Positions 1 to 10,053 of a stretch of 64,000 nucleotides of DNA are shown piece after piece. The DNA comes from Candidatus Latescibacterota bacterium (lineage in GTDB: Bacteria > Latescibacterota > UBA2968), in the NCBI GenBank assembly GCA_965204745.1, contig OZ242010.1, positions 5,408,001 through 5,472,000 of the forward strand, written 5' to 3'. Position 1 is the stretch's first letter. The number at the start of each line of letters is the position of its first letter. The notes beneath the pieces are model-generated. The model was not told where the DNA came from. It was given only the letters and a program-made list of their open reading frames with translations, and searched no databases. A program made the position numbers and the translations under genes.

Positions 1-1548
1 GCTGCCATTTTGCACGGCTATCGTCATCACGCGGTGCGTTTCATGCTCCGGCGTCGTCACTTGCATCGACCAGATCGACGTCCGCCCATTTTTGCAGTTG
101 TTCGCGTACGAGCCGACGCAGTGGTGCATCTTCCGGCCTTCGTCGGACAATTCCTTGGCTGTCACCAACTCGGTAATGGTCCAGCGATCCCTTGCGTTTC
201 CATACCCGTCCGTTTCCGTCCAATCCAGCGCGTTGAATCCCGAAGGCGCCCACACCTTTGCGGGCAAGCGATTCTGCCGCGCCAACTGCCGGTGCCACAT
301 CTCGACCTGCCGCAACAACTTGACCATGCTGCGGCCCTTAATCGAAAAATTCGGTTGCTCTGGGGGCAACCGCACGATTTCGCCATTGACCACTTCCTCT
401 CGCGGTGCGTACTTCTGATTGTGAATATAATCCACAATCGGGCCGACCTCGTCCGGGTCGAGCATGGGATTGTTCACAAAAAAATGCACCACCTTGCACC
501 AGAAAGACTCGCGATCAAAAGACGCCCCCAAGCGCGTGTTGTTCACAGCACGCACCAAGGGATCTTCCCCGCCAAGCCCGAGAATTTGCCCGCGCCGAAA
601 CGCCTCGTAAATCGCGTAATCAGCAGGCGACTGCAAAAACAAATGGGCCATCTTCTTCGTCAGGGTCAGCGGAATATCGGCCTTGCGGATATTGCCCCCA
701 GTGCCCACATGGACAAACCATCCCTGTTGCTGTCGCGCCTCAGCTTCCCCGCTGAGAAACCACGCGATGTCCATAAACCCGGGCACCTCGTATTTCGCCA
801 ACAAATGTCGCGCCAAGGCCGCAAATTGCTTGCGCGCATTGTGCGACTCGGGCCGCCACGCAATCGGATCGCGCAACCAATGCTCGTGCCAGCGCGCCAG
901 TTCGCCCAAGGCTTCGATATGCGTATTGCCATCTTGCGGCCCCAAGCGCGCCATCGCGGGTTTGACGTCAAAGAACCGCCCGTGTTTTTCCACATGCAAC
1001 AATAAGTGCAACAAGGCGCGCCGACCCTTGCGATCCCTGCCCATCCGATCAAACGCGCGCTGAATTTTTTGCAAATGCGGGCGATTCAACGCCCCTTCCG
1101 GCAACGTGCCGTCACAGATCGCCCGAATCGTCTCTTGGGGCCGCCGCGTGTGATTTTTCATTTTCGCCAACACGGCATCGCTCTTCAGGCGTTCGGCCAA
1201 ATCGCGTTCTTTTTTGCGTTGCGCCGCGCTTTTATGCGTGCCCGCGCTCAACCCATGCGCGTTGCACCACGCCGCGTAATCCGCGACCGTTTTCAACCCC
1301 AACTCTCGGATGTGTTGCAAGAGTTCCCGCTCGGTCAATTCCGCATCTATGGCCCGCTCGGCAATCGTCCGCTCGCGCCGCCGCGCTTGCCATCCCTTGT
1401 TCAACGCCCGATTCAACCCGTGATCCCGGCACCACGTTTGATATTGCGCCACCCCCGTCAACCCGAGCGACCGAATATGCGCGGTCAAATCCGCATTTGC
1501 CTTGCCCGCGGCGCCTCGATGCCGTCTCTTTTTGCGCTTTGTCGCCAT
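1..1548 (-). CDS. PcfJ-domain protein (runs off window start)
   Basis: Not in ORF track. Manual translation from ATG 1548: MATKRKKRRHRG...; C-terminal part WTITELVTAKELSDEGRKMHHCVGSYANNCKNGRTSIWSM is the typical PcfJ 'EG..M.HCV.SY' motif. Confidence 0.8.
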   Translation of the reverse strand, partial: MATKRKKRRHRGAAGKANADLTAHIRSLGLTGVAQYQTWCRDHGLNRALNKGWQARRRERTIAERAIDAELTERELLQHIRELGLKTVADYAAWCNAHGLSAGTHKSAAQRKKERDLAERLKSDAVLAKMKNHTRRPQETIRAICDGTLPEGALNRPHLQKIQRAFDRMGRDRKGRRALLHLLLHVEKHGRFFDVKPAMARLGPQDGNTHIEALGELARWHEHWLRDPIAWRPESHNARKQFAALARHLLAKYEVPGFMDIAWFLSGEAEARQQQGWFVHVGTGGNIRKADIPLTLTKKMAHLFLQSPADYAIYEAFRRGQILGLGGEDPLVRAVNNTRLGASFDRESFWCKVVHFFVNNPMLDPDEVGPIVDYIHNQKYAPREEVVNGEIVRLPPEQPNFSIKGRSMVKLLRQVEMWHRQLARQNRLPAKVWAPSGFNALDWTETDGYGNARDRWTITELVTAKELSDEGRKMHHCVGSYANNCKNGRTSIWSMQVTTPEHETHRVMTIAVQNGS

Positions 1549-1627
1549 GAAATCCCCCTGCGCTTGTCGAGTCTATTTTACACTTGTTGGGATGCACCAG
1601 ACGGCAAAAATGCGAATGGACAAAAAA

Positions 1628-1662
1628 ATCAGTAGTCAGTGGTCAGTGGTCAGTAGTCAGTC
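1628..1662. repeat. Heptamer repeat GTCAGT(A/G) cluster
   Basis: tcagtagtcagtggtcagtggtcagtagtcagt. Confidence 0.85.
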
Positions 1663-1694
1663 CGCCCCGCAACCCCAAACCCGTACAAACAGCT

Positions 1695-3254
1695 TCAGTG
1701 GGAATAGTCAGGCAAAGAAATCTCGATCAGCGTTGGGCCATCCGCTTGCAATGCCTGTTCGAGCGCGTCGCCAAATTCTCGCGCACACGTCACGCGCACC
1801 CCCGCCATGCCAAAACTCTGTGCGAACATCACAAAATCCGGATTCGCCAGTTGCACCGCAATATGCCGCCCCCCGCATTCTCGGTCCTGTGCGCGTTTGA
1901 TTGCGGTGTACGCATTGTCATTGCACAAAATAATGGGCAGGGACACGCCTTGTTGCACCGCGGTTGAAAGTTCTGTTGCCGTGTACATAAACCCGCCGTC
2001 GCCGCACAGGGACACCACCTGCTTGTGTGGACACGCGATCTTCGCGCCCACGGCCGCGGGCATGGAAAATCCCAGCGTCCCAAAAACCGTTGGCGACAGA
2101 AATGTGCGCGGGTGATATACCGGAAAAATCCTGCGCGCCTGATAGCTGATCATCGTCATGTCATTTACGACCACCGCATCCCGGTCCAGCACGTCCCGCA
2201 AGATGCCCAACAATTCGGGAAAAGGGCCATGAGTCCCGGAATCGGACGCCGCGTCCTCACGCGGCACGGGCAGACGCCACGCGGTTTGCACCCCCTCCAA
2301 CCGTGCGTGCAATGCCTGCAACCCCGCGCCTGCATCGCCGATCAGCGCGACATCCGGCGCAAATGACCGCCCGATCACAGCCGGATCGATATCCAGGTGA
2401 ATGAGTTTTTCCAGCGCGCCTTTCCACAGTTGCCCAAATCGAAACCCCAAGCGCGTGCCCACCGCGATCACCACATCGGCCTCCTTCAAACACTGCGTCA
2501 TCGCCACATCGCGCACCAGCGCGGGATGATCCGCGGGGATCGCGCCCTGTCCATTGACCGTAATCCCCACGGGCATGCCGAGGTTCTCCGCCAGCGCGAC
2601 CACCTCAGCACTCGCATTTTGCGCGCCACCGCCAGCGATCAGCATGGGTTTGCGCGCCGATTGAATCAGCGCGGCGGCGGCATCGAGCGCGGACGCATCG
2701 GGCACTTGCGGCGGGCGATGCGCGGGTTCGGCAATCTCGACCTCTGCCTCTGCCGCGAACACATCGAGTGGGACTTCCAGAATATAGGGGCGCGGTCGCC
2801 CGTACTTCATCGCCTCGAATCCCTCCGCCAAGGCTTTGGGGATCTCCGCCACGCAGGACACGCGCCGCCCCTGCCCGGTCACGGAAAACAACGTGCCAAA
2901 TTGGTCGCGCATATCGTGCAATACCCCGGCATCTGTCCCGTTTGTCTCATCGGTTGGGCCGCTGCATATCAGCAACACGGGCGACGATTCCGCCCGTGCC
3001 TCGCCGATAGGGGTCAGCGCGTTCACCGCGGCCGGCCCGGTCGTGGTCAACGCCACGCCCACGCGCCCAGAGGCCCGCGCATACCCATCGGCCATAAAAC
3101 CCGCGCCTTGCTCGTGTCGCGTGGTCACATGGCGAATGCGCGGATGACCGTACAGTGCATCGTAAAGTGCGAGGGTGTGAACTCCCGGAATGCCAAACAC
3201 CACATCCACGCCCCATGCATCCAGCGTCTCAACCACAGCTCGACCGCCAGTCAT
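1695..3254 (-). CDS. Thiamine pyrophosphate-binding protein (acetolactate synthase-like)
   Basis: MTGGRAVVETL..VFGIPGVH, TTRHEQGAGFMADGYAR, GDGGFMY...NDN TPP motif; probable start 3254 rather than 3374. Confidence 0.9.
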   Translation of the reverse strand: MTGGRAVVETLDAWGVDVVFGIPGVHTLALYDALYGHPRIRHVTTRHEQGAGFMADGYARASGRVGVALTTTGPAAVNALTPIGEARAESSPVLLICSGPTDETNGTDAGVLHDMRDQFGTLFSVTGQGRRVSCVAEIPKALAEGFEAMKYGRPRPYILEVPLDVFAAEAEVEIAEPAHRPPQVPDASALDAAAALIQSARKPMLIAGGGAQNASAEVVALAENLGMPVGITVNGQGAIPADHPALVRDVAMTQCLKEADVVIAVGTRLGFRFGQLWKGALEKLIHLDIDPAVIGRSFAPDVALIGDAGAGLQALHARLEGVQTAWRLPVPREDAASDSGTHGPFPELLGILRDVLDRDAVVVNDMTMISYQARRIFPVYHPRTFLSPTVFGTLGFSMPAAVGAKIACPHKQVVSLCGDGGFMYTATELSTAVQQGVSLPIILCNDNAYTAIKRAQDRECGGRHIAVQLANPDFVMFAQSFGMAGVRVTCAREFGDALEQALQADGPTLIEISLPDYSH

Positions 3255-3429
3255 AACGCCATCCTTTCGCTCCAGTTTGTGAAAAGTCAATATACATCCA
3301 AAAATGCCGGACATCAGATCCATTTTTACGGCCTTGCCAATCCTCTGGCAACGCGCTATTTTAATATTCGTCAAACAAAAAACTCGAAGCGAGACTCATC
3401 GGTCGGTTCAGCCTAAAAAGGTCGGTTCT

Positions 3430-5931
3430 ATGCCCCGCAAGCGTCGAAGTAAAAAGACCGGTTCCCGCAAGCGCGACAATAAAAACGCCAACCCAATGCC
3501 CCCAAAGCGTCCGTTTCCCACCTTGTGGTTGCTACTCTTCTTGAGCTGTTTAGCGATCTGCATGCAGTACGTCACGATGACAAAATTCTCGGTCTTACCA
3601 CCTGCTGGCACCTTCGTCACCCTGTCTGCCTTTGTACAGGTCATTGAACAAAAGATCGCATTTGAGAAGATCGACATCGCGTTGCTCGTCCTATTCCTCG
3701 CGACCTGTGCATTGCTCTTGTGGAAAGAGAGGCGCGGGCAGGTGCTCACCGATTTTCTAAAGGACTTATTCGCCAGCGAGCGCAAACCCGTGTACCTGCT
3801 CTTGGGCTGTTCGCTGATATGCGTCCGTTTTTACTTTGCCCCCGGCGCAATGCACTGGGGCGCAGACGCCTCTCACCACATCGCCCAATCCTATCTCGCG
3901 GCCAGAACCATCGCGGACGGTCAGTGGCCCATCTATACGTTCTTCATGGGCAATGGATCGCCCTACCTGCAAAATTACGGCTTTGCCTTCTTTTGTCTCG
4001 TTGGCTTTGTCGAGCTCATTTGTCGGGATTTATTTTTTTCACTGAAATTGGTCATGGCGGGCACACACATCATTTCCGGCATCGGCATGTACTTCTTTGT
4101 CGGCAACCTGTGTCAATCGCGTCGCGCCGGGTTTATCGCGGGGCTGGGCTATGTGCTTTGTTTTTGGCACACGCAACAGGTGCTCATCATGGGCCGCTTG
4201 CCCCTGTCCCTGTTTTACGCCCTCCTGCCTTGGCCCTTCTATGCTGTCGAAAGCATGATCCGCTCGCCCTACAAGATGCGCGCGGCTTTGATAGGAGGCG
4301 CGTCTCTCGCCCTCCTGAATTTCACGCACCCGGGCTACGGTACGTATGCGATGCTATTTTGGGGATGCTACTGTATCGGCCGCTTGTGGTCATTATGGGG
4401 CCGTGCAGACCTTGGGGCACTCCTCCGCGCAGGGGTGTTGTGCATGGGCTTGGGCGTCTTTTTCAGTGCGTACATGAACGCGGGAATGTATTTCGAGCTC
4501 GAGCACACCGAGATGGCCGACTTTCGCCTCGGCTTAAAAGGCGTAGCAGACGAGGGAATGTCAGGCGTTCCCGACCCCACTTGGCGACACTTGCTCGGCT
4601 GGTCAAACTACCGCTTTTGGCTACTTCCGCCCGAGCCTTACCACTGGTACGGCGGGTATTTGGGCCTGTCTTTGTGCGCGTTGGCCTTGGCCGGGATCGC
4701 GCTTTTCCGGCGCGACAAGCCGCGGCACTTCGCGCCCGGTTGGCTGTGTCTCGCGCTGGTCGTGCTGATCGTCTTCGCTTACCGGTTGCCGCCCTTCAAC
4801 ATGCTATCCCTCATCCAAGCCTCAAACGCCGCGCGCTACTTGCTCTTTCTCGCGTTCTTTCTCGCCCTATCTGCGGGCATTGGCACGCGCCTGCTCTTGC
4901 GACACCGTCCTTGGAGGCTCTCGCGCAATCGCTGTTTTACCCTCCTCTTGCTCCTCTTGTTGATCGATCTCTTCCCCACCACCTTCTTGCATGCTTATAT
5001 ACGGCCCCGCGACCGATCTTCGGATACATTTACGAATATTTGGAAGGCGTCCGCACCCTTCACAGCGCGGGGCGAATTGCCCAATTACCGCGTGCAGTGG
5101 GTTGACAAAGACAACTTCTCTTACTACCGCATGGCATCCCCGCTTTTTATGAGCGAGACCCCGATATCCGAGGCATTCCACCCCGCGGAACTCCGCACCC
5201 GCGGCGCATTTGTCGCTCCCTTCCTCCACTTCGCACGCGATCAGGCCCCCGCTTTAACCGCAGAGCCCAACCGACTTTTCACCGACAAACTGCTGACCGC
5301 GGGTTTGTACCTGCTCAATACGCGCTACGTGGTCTTGTCCTCTAAAAACACGGGATTTGAGCTTTCCCTACCCCACAGTCCGATCACTGTCTCCTCGCGC
5401 TTGGTCGGCTATGACGCCGAGGCCGCCGCCGAGCGTGCGGGACAAATCCGCGCAGACCTGCAAGTTGACAGCCTGCGCGCGCGTTCCATTTCGCAAGTCA
5501 GGTGGCTCATTGAGCAGATGGGGGTTCGTTTTCAGGACAATTCCTGCGAACGCATTTTCGTTCGAGACCATGAAGGGAGCGACCTACAAACAACGCCCAC
5601 GGCGCAGGTCGTCTCTCACGTCGTCGGCCACAAAGAAGTCAAAATGAAGGTGTCGGTCTCCGAAAATTGCTATGCGCGGTTGTCTTACGCGTACTTCCCC
5701 TATCTACACATCACTGTAGATGGAACGCCCGTGCAACCCCTGGAAACAGCGGGTCACTTCATCGCATTGCCCCTTGACGCGGGCGAACGCGATATTGTAA
5801 TCCAAGCGCGGCTTTCCCCGTTGCGGAAAAACCTGCTCTATCTCAAGTTGATCCTACTATCAATCGCTCTGGGCCTGGTCTTCATAGAACACAAGCGCGT
5901 CAACTCCCCTAACCCCGTTACTGATCACTGA
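3430..5931 (+). CDS. Multi-pass membrane protein, YfhO/PTPS-related (GT-C glycosyltransferase-like)
   Basis: Many TM segments, WGADASHH...G.WP.Y...GNGSPYLQNYG N-terminal loop, C-terminal SYAYFPYL..TVDG motif; start uncertain. Confidence 0.65.
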   Translation: MPRKRRSKKTGSRKRDNKNANPMPPKRPFPTLWLLLFLSCLAICMQYVTMTKFSVLPPAGTFVTLSAFVQVIEQKIAFEKIDIALLVLFLATCALLLWKERRGQVLTDFLKDLFASERKPVYLLLGCSLICVRFYFAPGAMHWGADASHHIAQSYLAARTIADGQWPIYTFFMGNGSPYLQNYGFAFFCLVGFVELICRDLFFSLKLVMAGTHIISGIGMYFFVGNLCQSRRAGFIAGLGYVLCFWHTQQVLIMGRLPLSLFYALLPWPFYAVESMIRSPYKMRAALIGGASLALLNFTHPGYGTYAMLFWGCYCIGRLWSLWGRADLGALLRAGVLCMGLGVFFSAYMNAGMYFELEHTEMADFRLGLKGVADEGMSGVPDPTWRHLLGWSNYRFWLLPPEPYHWYGGYLGLSLCALALAGIALFRRDKPRHFAPGWLCLALVVLIVFAYRLPPFNMLSLIQASNAARYLLFLAFFLALSAGIGTRLLLRHRPWRLSRNRCFTLLLLLLLIDLFPTTFLHAYIRPRDRSSDTFTNIWKASAPFTARGELPNYRVQWVDKDNFSYYRMASPLFMSETPISEAFHPAELRTRGAFVAPFLHFARDQAPALTAEPNRLFTDKLLTAGLYLLNTRYVVLSSKNTGFELSLPHSPITVSSRLVGYDAEAAAERAGQIRADLQVDSLRARSISQVRWLIEQMGVRFQDNSCERIFVRDHEGSDLQTTPTAQVVSHVVGHKEVKMKVSVSENCYARLSYAYFPYLHITVDGTPVQPLETAGHFIALPLDAGERDIVIQARLSPLRKNLLYLKLILLSIALGLVFIEHKRVNSPNPVTDH

Positions 5932-5950
5932 CCGGTAACCACTACTTATT

Positions 5951-6137
5951 GGGACCTACCCCCCTGGCCCCCCTTCCTGTGAGGAAGGGGGGAATGGCGA
6001 GAGGTTGTGCGAGGGGTTTGGGTTTCCAGGGCGTGATCTATTCGCTCAAAGCCATCAGAACAGCCAGGGAGACAAACCTTCAAAAAGCCATGCGCTCCCC
6101 CTTTCCTTGTAGGAAAGGGGGCCGGGGGGATAGGTCC
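5951..6137. repeat. Family C palindromic element (GGACCTATCCCCCGGCCCCTTTCCT-nnn-AGGAAAGGGG), inverted pair
   Basis: Inverted pair of hairpin units; same unit and interior at 39020-39290 and 60036-60351. Confidence 0.85.
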
Positions 6138-6262
6138 TACGAGGAGGGGGAAGAACATCTCTCGTTGCGGAGAGGAGCCGAATGACTCGTCCATGTCTTT
6201 GGGCGATTGGTCTCGGCTTGCTTCCTACTCGCTTTCTACTCTTAATTCGCATCGGTAGAGAC

Positions 6263-7354
6263 ATGATAAACACCATCGTCATAGGCGGGGGGCAGGCGGG
6301 CGTTGTGCTGAGTTATTTTTTGCAACAACGCGGCGTTGAGCACCTCGTCTTGGAACGCGACCGGGCGTTTTCGGCATGGCACAAGTGCTGGGACAACTTT
6401 CGCCTAAACACCGCCAATTGGATGAACGCCTTGCCCGGCATGCGAGAACCGTTCGCGCCGCACAAGGCGTGGTACGACACGGCCACGCGAGACGAAGTGC
6501 TCAACTATTTCAGCGCGTACCTCCAAATGGTCGATCCGCCCATCAAAGAAGGTGCGACCGTGCTACGAGTCGTCGAAGGCAAAGAAAACTGGCATGTGCA
6601 TACGGATACCGAAATCTATCAAACGATCAATGTCGCCGTATGTACCGGGCACGCGGCCCAACCCTCTGTGCCGGAGGTGGCCCATCAACTGCCGCGCTCA
6701 ACTCCGCAACTGCATTCAGCGGCCTATCGCAACCCCGCGCAGATCAAAACCGCGAATGTGCTGATCGTGGGCAGCGGGAGTAGCGGGGTTCAAATTTGTC
6801 AAGACCTCGCGCAATCGGGTCAATTTGACCATCTCGCGTTCGCGCTCAGCGGCAACATGGTCATCCCGTGGTCCATTTTGGGCATTCCCATCGGCGTGTT
6901 TTCGCGCTTGCTCCCGGCATTTGAAATCCAGCGACAATCGTGGCTCGGTCGGCGCATTGCACGCCAATGGCACGGCGGCGAGCCTGCGATGGCGCCGTCC
7001 CCGCGATGGCTTTCAAAACGCTACGGCGTGCAGCGAGTTGGTCGCGTCACGGCCGTTGCCGAGCGCGGCATCGCCTGCGCCGATGGCGAGATCGTCAGTT
7101 TAGAAGATCGAACCGTCTTGTGGTGTACGGGTTTTAGGTCCGATTACAAATTCATTCGGCCGCGCCATCCCAAATCCGCATTTGACGAAAATGGGCCCAT
7201 TCACAACCGCGGCGTTGGCGTGCCCGGCCTGTTTTTCGTCGGCTTGAAGTTTCAGCACAGGGTCGGCTCTCACTTGTTGCACGGCGTTGGCCGAGACGCG
7301 GAATACGTCGCCTGCAAAATTGCGGAAAGGAAAACCGCATGTCTCCATCCATGA
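6263..7354 (+). CDS. Flavin-containing monooxygenase-like FAD/NAD(P) oxidoreductase
   Basis: IGGGQAG and VGSGSSG Rossmann motifs, LHSAAYRNP, WCTGF. Confidence 0.85.
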   Translation: MINTIVIGGGQAGVVLSYFLQQRGVEHLVLERDRAFSAWHKCWDNFRLNTANWMNALPGMREPFAPHKAWYDTATRDEVLNYFSAYLQMVDPPIKEGATVLRVVEGKENWHVHTDTEIYQTINVAVCTGHAAQPSVPEVAHQLPRSTPQLHSAAYRNPAQIKTANVLIVGSGSSGVQICQDLAQSGQFDHLAFALSGNMVIPWSILGIPIGVFSRLLPAFEIQRQSWLGRRIARQWHGGEPAMAPSPRWLSKRYGVQRVGRVTAVAERGIACADGEIVSLEDRTVLWCTGFRSDYKFIRPRHPKSAFDENGPIHNRGVGVPGLFFVGLKFQHRVGSHLLHGVGRDAEYVACKIAERKTACLHP

Positions 7355-8400
7355 AGCGCGCGCCGTTGCGCGTCGGCCTGATAGGTTGCGGCGGCATCGT
7401 CCAAAAATCGCATCTGCCCGGCCTGCTCGAAATTCCCGATCTCGTAACCGTCTCGGCCATTGCCGATCCCATACCCGAAAACAGAAACCGCGTTGGCACA
7501 GCCGCAGACATTCCCTTGGCCCAACGCTACGAAGACCATCGCCACATGCTCGACCGCGCCAAACTCGACGCCGCGATCATCGCCACCCCGCATCACTTGC
7601 ACGCCGAACACGTCCTCCACGCGGCACATGCAGGCGTTGCCATCATCTCGGAAAAACCCATGGCAACCTCGCTTGAAGAAGCCGATCAGATTCTCGACAC
7701 GGTGAAAAAATGCGGCGCACCCTACGGCATCGTCCACAATTTTCTTTCCATGCCCGGCACGGTGGAAGCACTCCGAATCTTGCGCGGGGAAAACGCGGGC
7801 ACGCCCCAAACCGGACGCGCCCTTTCCCTGTTTGGCAAAACAGAAGATCAGGCGGACCCCAACGCGGTTTGGCGCGCATCCAAAGCAGCCGGTGGCGGTT
7901 GCCTCAGCGACAGCGCCTATCACGAAATCTATTTGATCGAAGCCATGATCGGTTCGCCCGTGCGCTATGTCGAAGCCCGCGTGCAAACCAAATTTTTCGC
8001 CTTTGATGTCGATGACGTGGCCTTCCTCCTCTTTGAACACGAAAATGGCGCCATCTCCACAGTCGCCACTTCTTGGGGCATGCCCATCGGCCGAGACGGC
8101 AACCTGTGCGAAGTCTATACCCGCACGCACGCCATCCGCATCGTCAGCCGCGGGCGCGAACTCTTTTGCATGGACAAATCCAATCGCAGATGGGAATCCG
8201 TCCCCCTCGGCCATGGCCTTGACGACGCGGCCCTGGCCCGCGCAGGACATGCCAACTATTTCGCCGCCACCTTCAAAGCACTCGCCAACGGCAACCCACC
8301 GCCGATCACCTGCGAACACGCCCGCCACAACCTCGCCATCATCCACGCCGCACACCGAGCGACCACCTCGCGCCGAGCAGTCGATGTGAAAGCCCTTTAG
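7339..8400 (+). CDS. Gfo/Idh/MocA family oxidoreductase
   Basis: VGLIGCGGI, IATPHHLH, SEKPMA, GGG.L.D..YHEIY. Confidence 0.9.
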   Translation: MSPSMKRAPLRVGLIGCGGIVQKSHLPGLLEIPDLVTVSAIADPIPENRNRVGTAADIPLAQRYEDHRHMLDRAKLDAAIIATPHHLHAEHVLHAAHAGVAIISEKPMATSLEEADQILDTVKKCGAPYGIVHNFLSMPGTVEALRILRGENAGTPQTGRALSLFGKTEDQADPNAVWRASKAAGGGCLSDSAYHEIYLIEAMIGSPVRYVEARVQTKFFAFDVDDVAFLLFEHENGAISTVATSWGMPIGRDGNLCEVYTRTHAIRIVSRGRELFCMDKSNRRWESVPLGHGLDDAALARAGHANYFAATFKALANGNPPPITCEHARHNLAIIHAAHRATTSRRAVDVKAL

Positions 8401-8593
8401 AACACGCGCAAGCGACGTTCGCAGATTCGTACATTGCATGTCGCGTACAACAGGTATCCATTCATCGACGGTAGAAAAAACAAAATATCCTTGATTAGAT
8501 AGAAGTATTGTATATTTTCATAACTGATCGCGGCTATCGCCAAAACCGATGAACAACCGCCACGCAAACCCATAACTCGAAAGGAACAGCGCT

Positions 8594-10006
8594 ATGGCAG
8601 ACAAACCCGTTTTGTTGACCGACGCCCAGATGCAGCAATTCATTCGGGAGGGGTATTTGATGCTCCATCCGGATTTTCCAGAGGGATTTCACGCGAAAGT
8701 CTATAAGCGCATCGACGAATCCTTTGGCAAGTCCGGTGGCAAAAACCCGGGCAACAACCTCCTCCCGGCCGTGCCAGAATTGCAAGACGTGTGGGATCAT
8801 CCCGTCGTTCACGGCGCGTTTTCCAGCATCCTCGGCCCGGATTACTATTTGCACCTGCACCGCCACGTTCACGAAAGTCGTCCGGGCAGTGCGGCGCGCG
8901 GCATGCACAAAGACAGCTTGCACAACAGCCGGTTCTGCGCGGATCACAATCGCCGCCATCACCACTGCCGCTGGATGATGGCGATGTATTATCCGCAGGA
9001 TACGCCCGACGAGATGGGCCCCACCAGCGTGATTCCAAAATCGCAATACATCACGGCCCGCGAACAGGACGGCGAGCATCTCTTCTCGTCCGGGCCAGCG
9101 GGCACGGTTGTGCTGATTCACTACGACATCTTGCACAAAAAAGAAGCCAACAACACGGACATCACGCGCCACATGGTCAAATTTCTGTTCACGCGCATGA
9201 CCGAACCCACCGAACCCACTTGGGATCACACAGATGAAACCTGGGTCGCGTCCGATGATCCGCAAGACCCTATCTGGCAGGCCATGTGGCACTGGCACTT
9301 GGGCAAAGCACCTAAACGCCTGGCAACCGGCGCGTCTGTCGAAACCCTGGCCGGCCGCCTTTCCCATGCGGACGAAGCCCTCGCGCTCAATGCGTCCTAC
9401 ACCTTGGGGTCGCGGGGCGAACGCGCCATACCCGCCTTGATCGACGCGCTCGCGGACGCGGAAAACGCGGATCGGCCCCGCAACGCGGGATATGGACTCG
9501 CCGCAGTTGGCGAACGCGCCGTCCCCGCATTGCTCAAACTCAGCCGCGATCCAAATCCCCAAATCCGCGCGCGCGCTGTCGATGTGCTCGGTGACTTGGG
9601 CTGGCGTGCCAAAATAGGTACGCCCGACCTCATCGCGCTGTTGCGAGACCCCGATGAAGACGTGCGCGCCCGCGTTGCCGAATCCCTGGGCACAGTGAGC
9701 CAAAACACTGCGGATGCCGTGCGCCCACTCGCGGCTATCCTGTCCACAGATGAGAGCGACTTCGTGCGCCGCAACGCGGCCCTCTCCCTCGCTCGCCTCG
9801 GCCCCCATGCCCAACCGGCCATTCCCGAATTGGCAGACGCCATGCGCGACAGCAACCACTACGTGCGCGGATTTGCCGTCCACGCCCTCTATCGCATTGG
9901 CACGGCCGAAGCACTCGGGGCCGCCCTGCAACGCCTGCAAACCCTGCGCTGGGACAGCGAACCCAGGGGTCAGGTGCAAAGACCCACCCCCATCAAGGCG
10001 GCGTAA
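8594..10006 (+). CDS. Phytanoyl-CoA dioxygenase (PhyH) family protein fused to HEAT/PBS repeats
   Basis: F.REGYL, HKD iron motif, GPTSVIPKS, GPAGTV...H; C-terminal repeated AIPAL..AL.D...VR..AA..L units. Confidence 0.85.
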   Translation: MADKPVLLTDAQMQQFIREGYLMLHPDFPEGFHAKVYKRIDESFGKSGGKNPGNNLLPAVPELQDVWDHPVVHGAFSSILGPDYYLHLHRHVHESRPGSAARGMHKDSLHNSRFCADHNRRHHHCRWMMAMYYPQDTPDEMGPTSVIPKSQYITAREQDGEHLFSSGPAGTVVLIHYDILHKKEANNTDITRHMVKFLFTRMTEPTEPTWDHTDETWVASDDPQDPIWQAMWHWHLGKAPKRLATGASVETLAGRLSHADEALALNASYTLGSRGERAIPALIDALADAENADRPRNAGYGLAAVGERAVPALLKLSRDPNPQIRARAVDVLGDLGWRAKIGTPDLIALLRDPDEDVRARVAESLGTVSQNTADAVRPLAAILSTDESDFVRRNAALSLARLGPHAQPAIPELADAMRDSNHYVRGFAVHALYRIGTAEALGAALQRLQTLRWDSEPRGQVQRPTPIKAA

Positions 10007-10053
10007 CTGACTTGGATCTCCGTGCCCCAACACACTGTTTCCGGACTGGTATC

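Noticed and set aside
10-1635. Plus-strand ORFs 10..1005 and 1006..1635
   Set aside because: Antisense shadows of the minus-strand PcfJ-like gene.
8534-10033. Long antisense ORFs (also 15968-17548, 20847-22265, 31921-33255, 48826-50448)
   Set aside because: High-GC shadow frames opposite well-supported genes, with no recognisable motifs.
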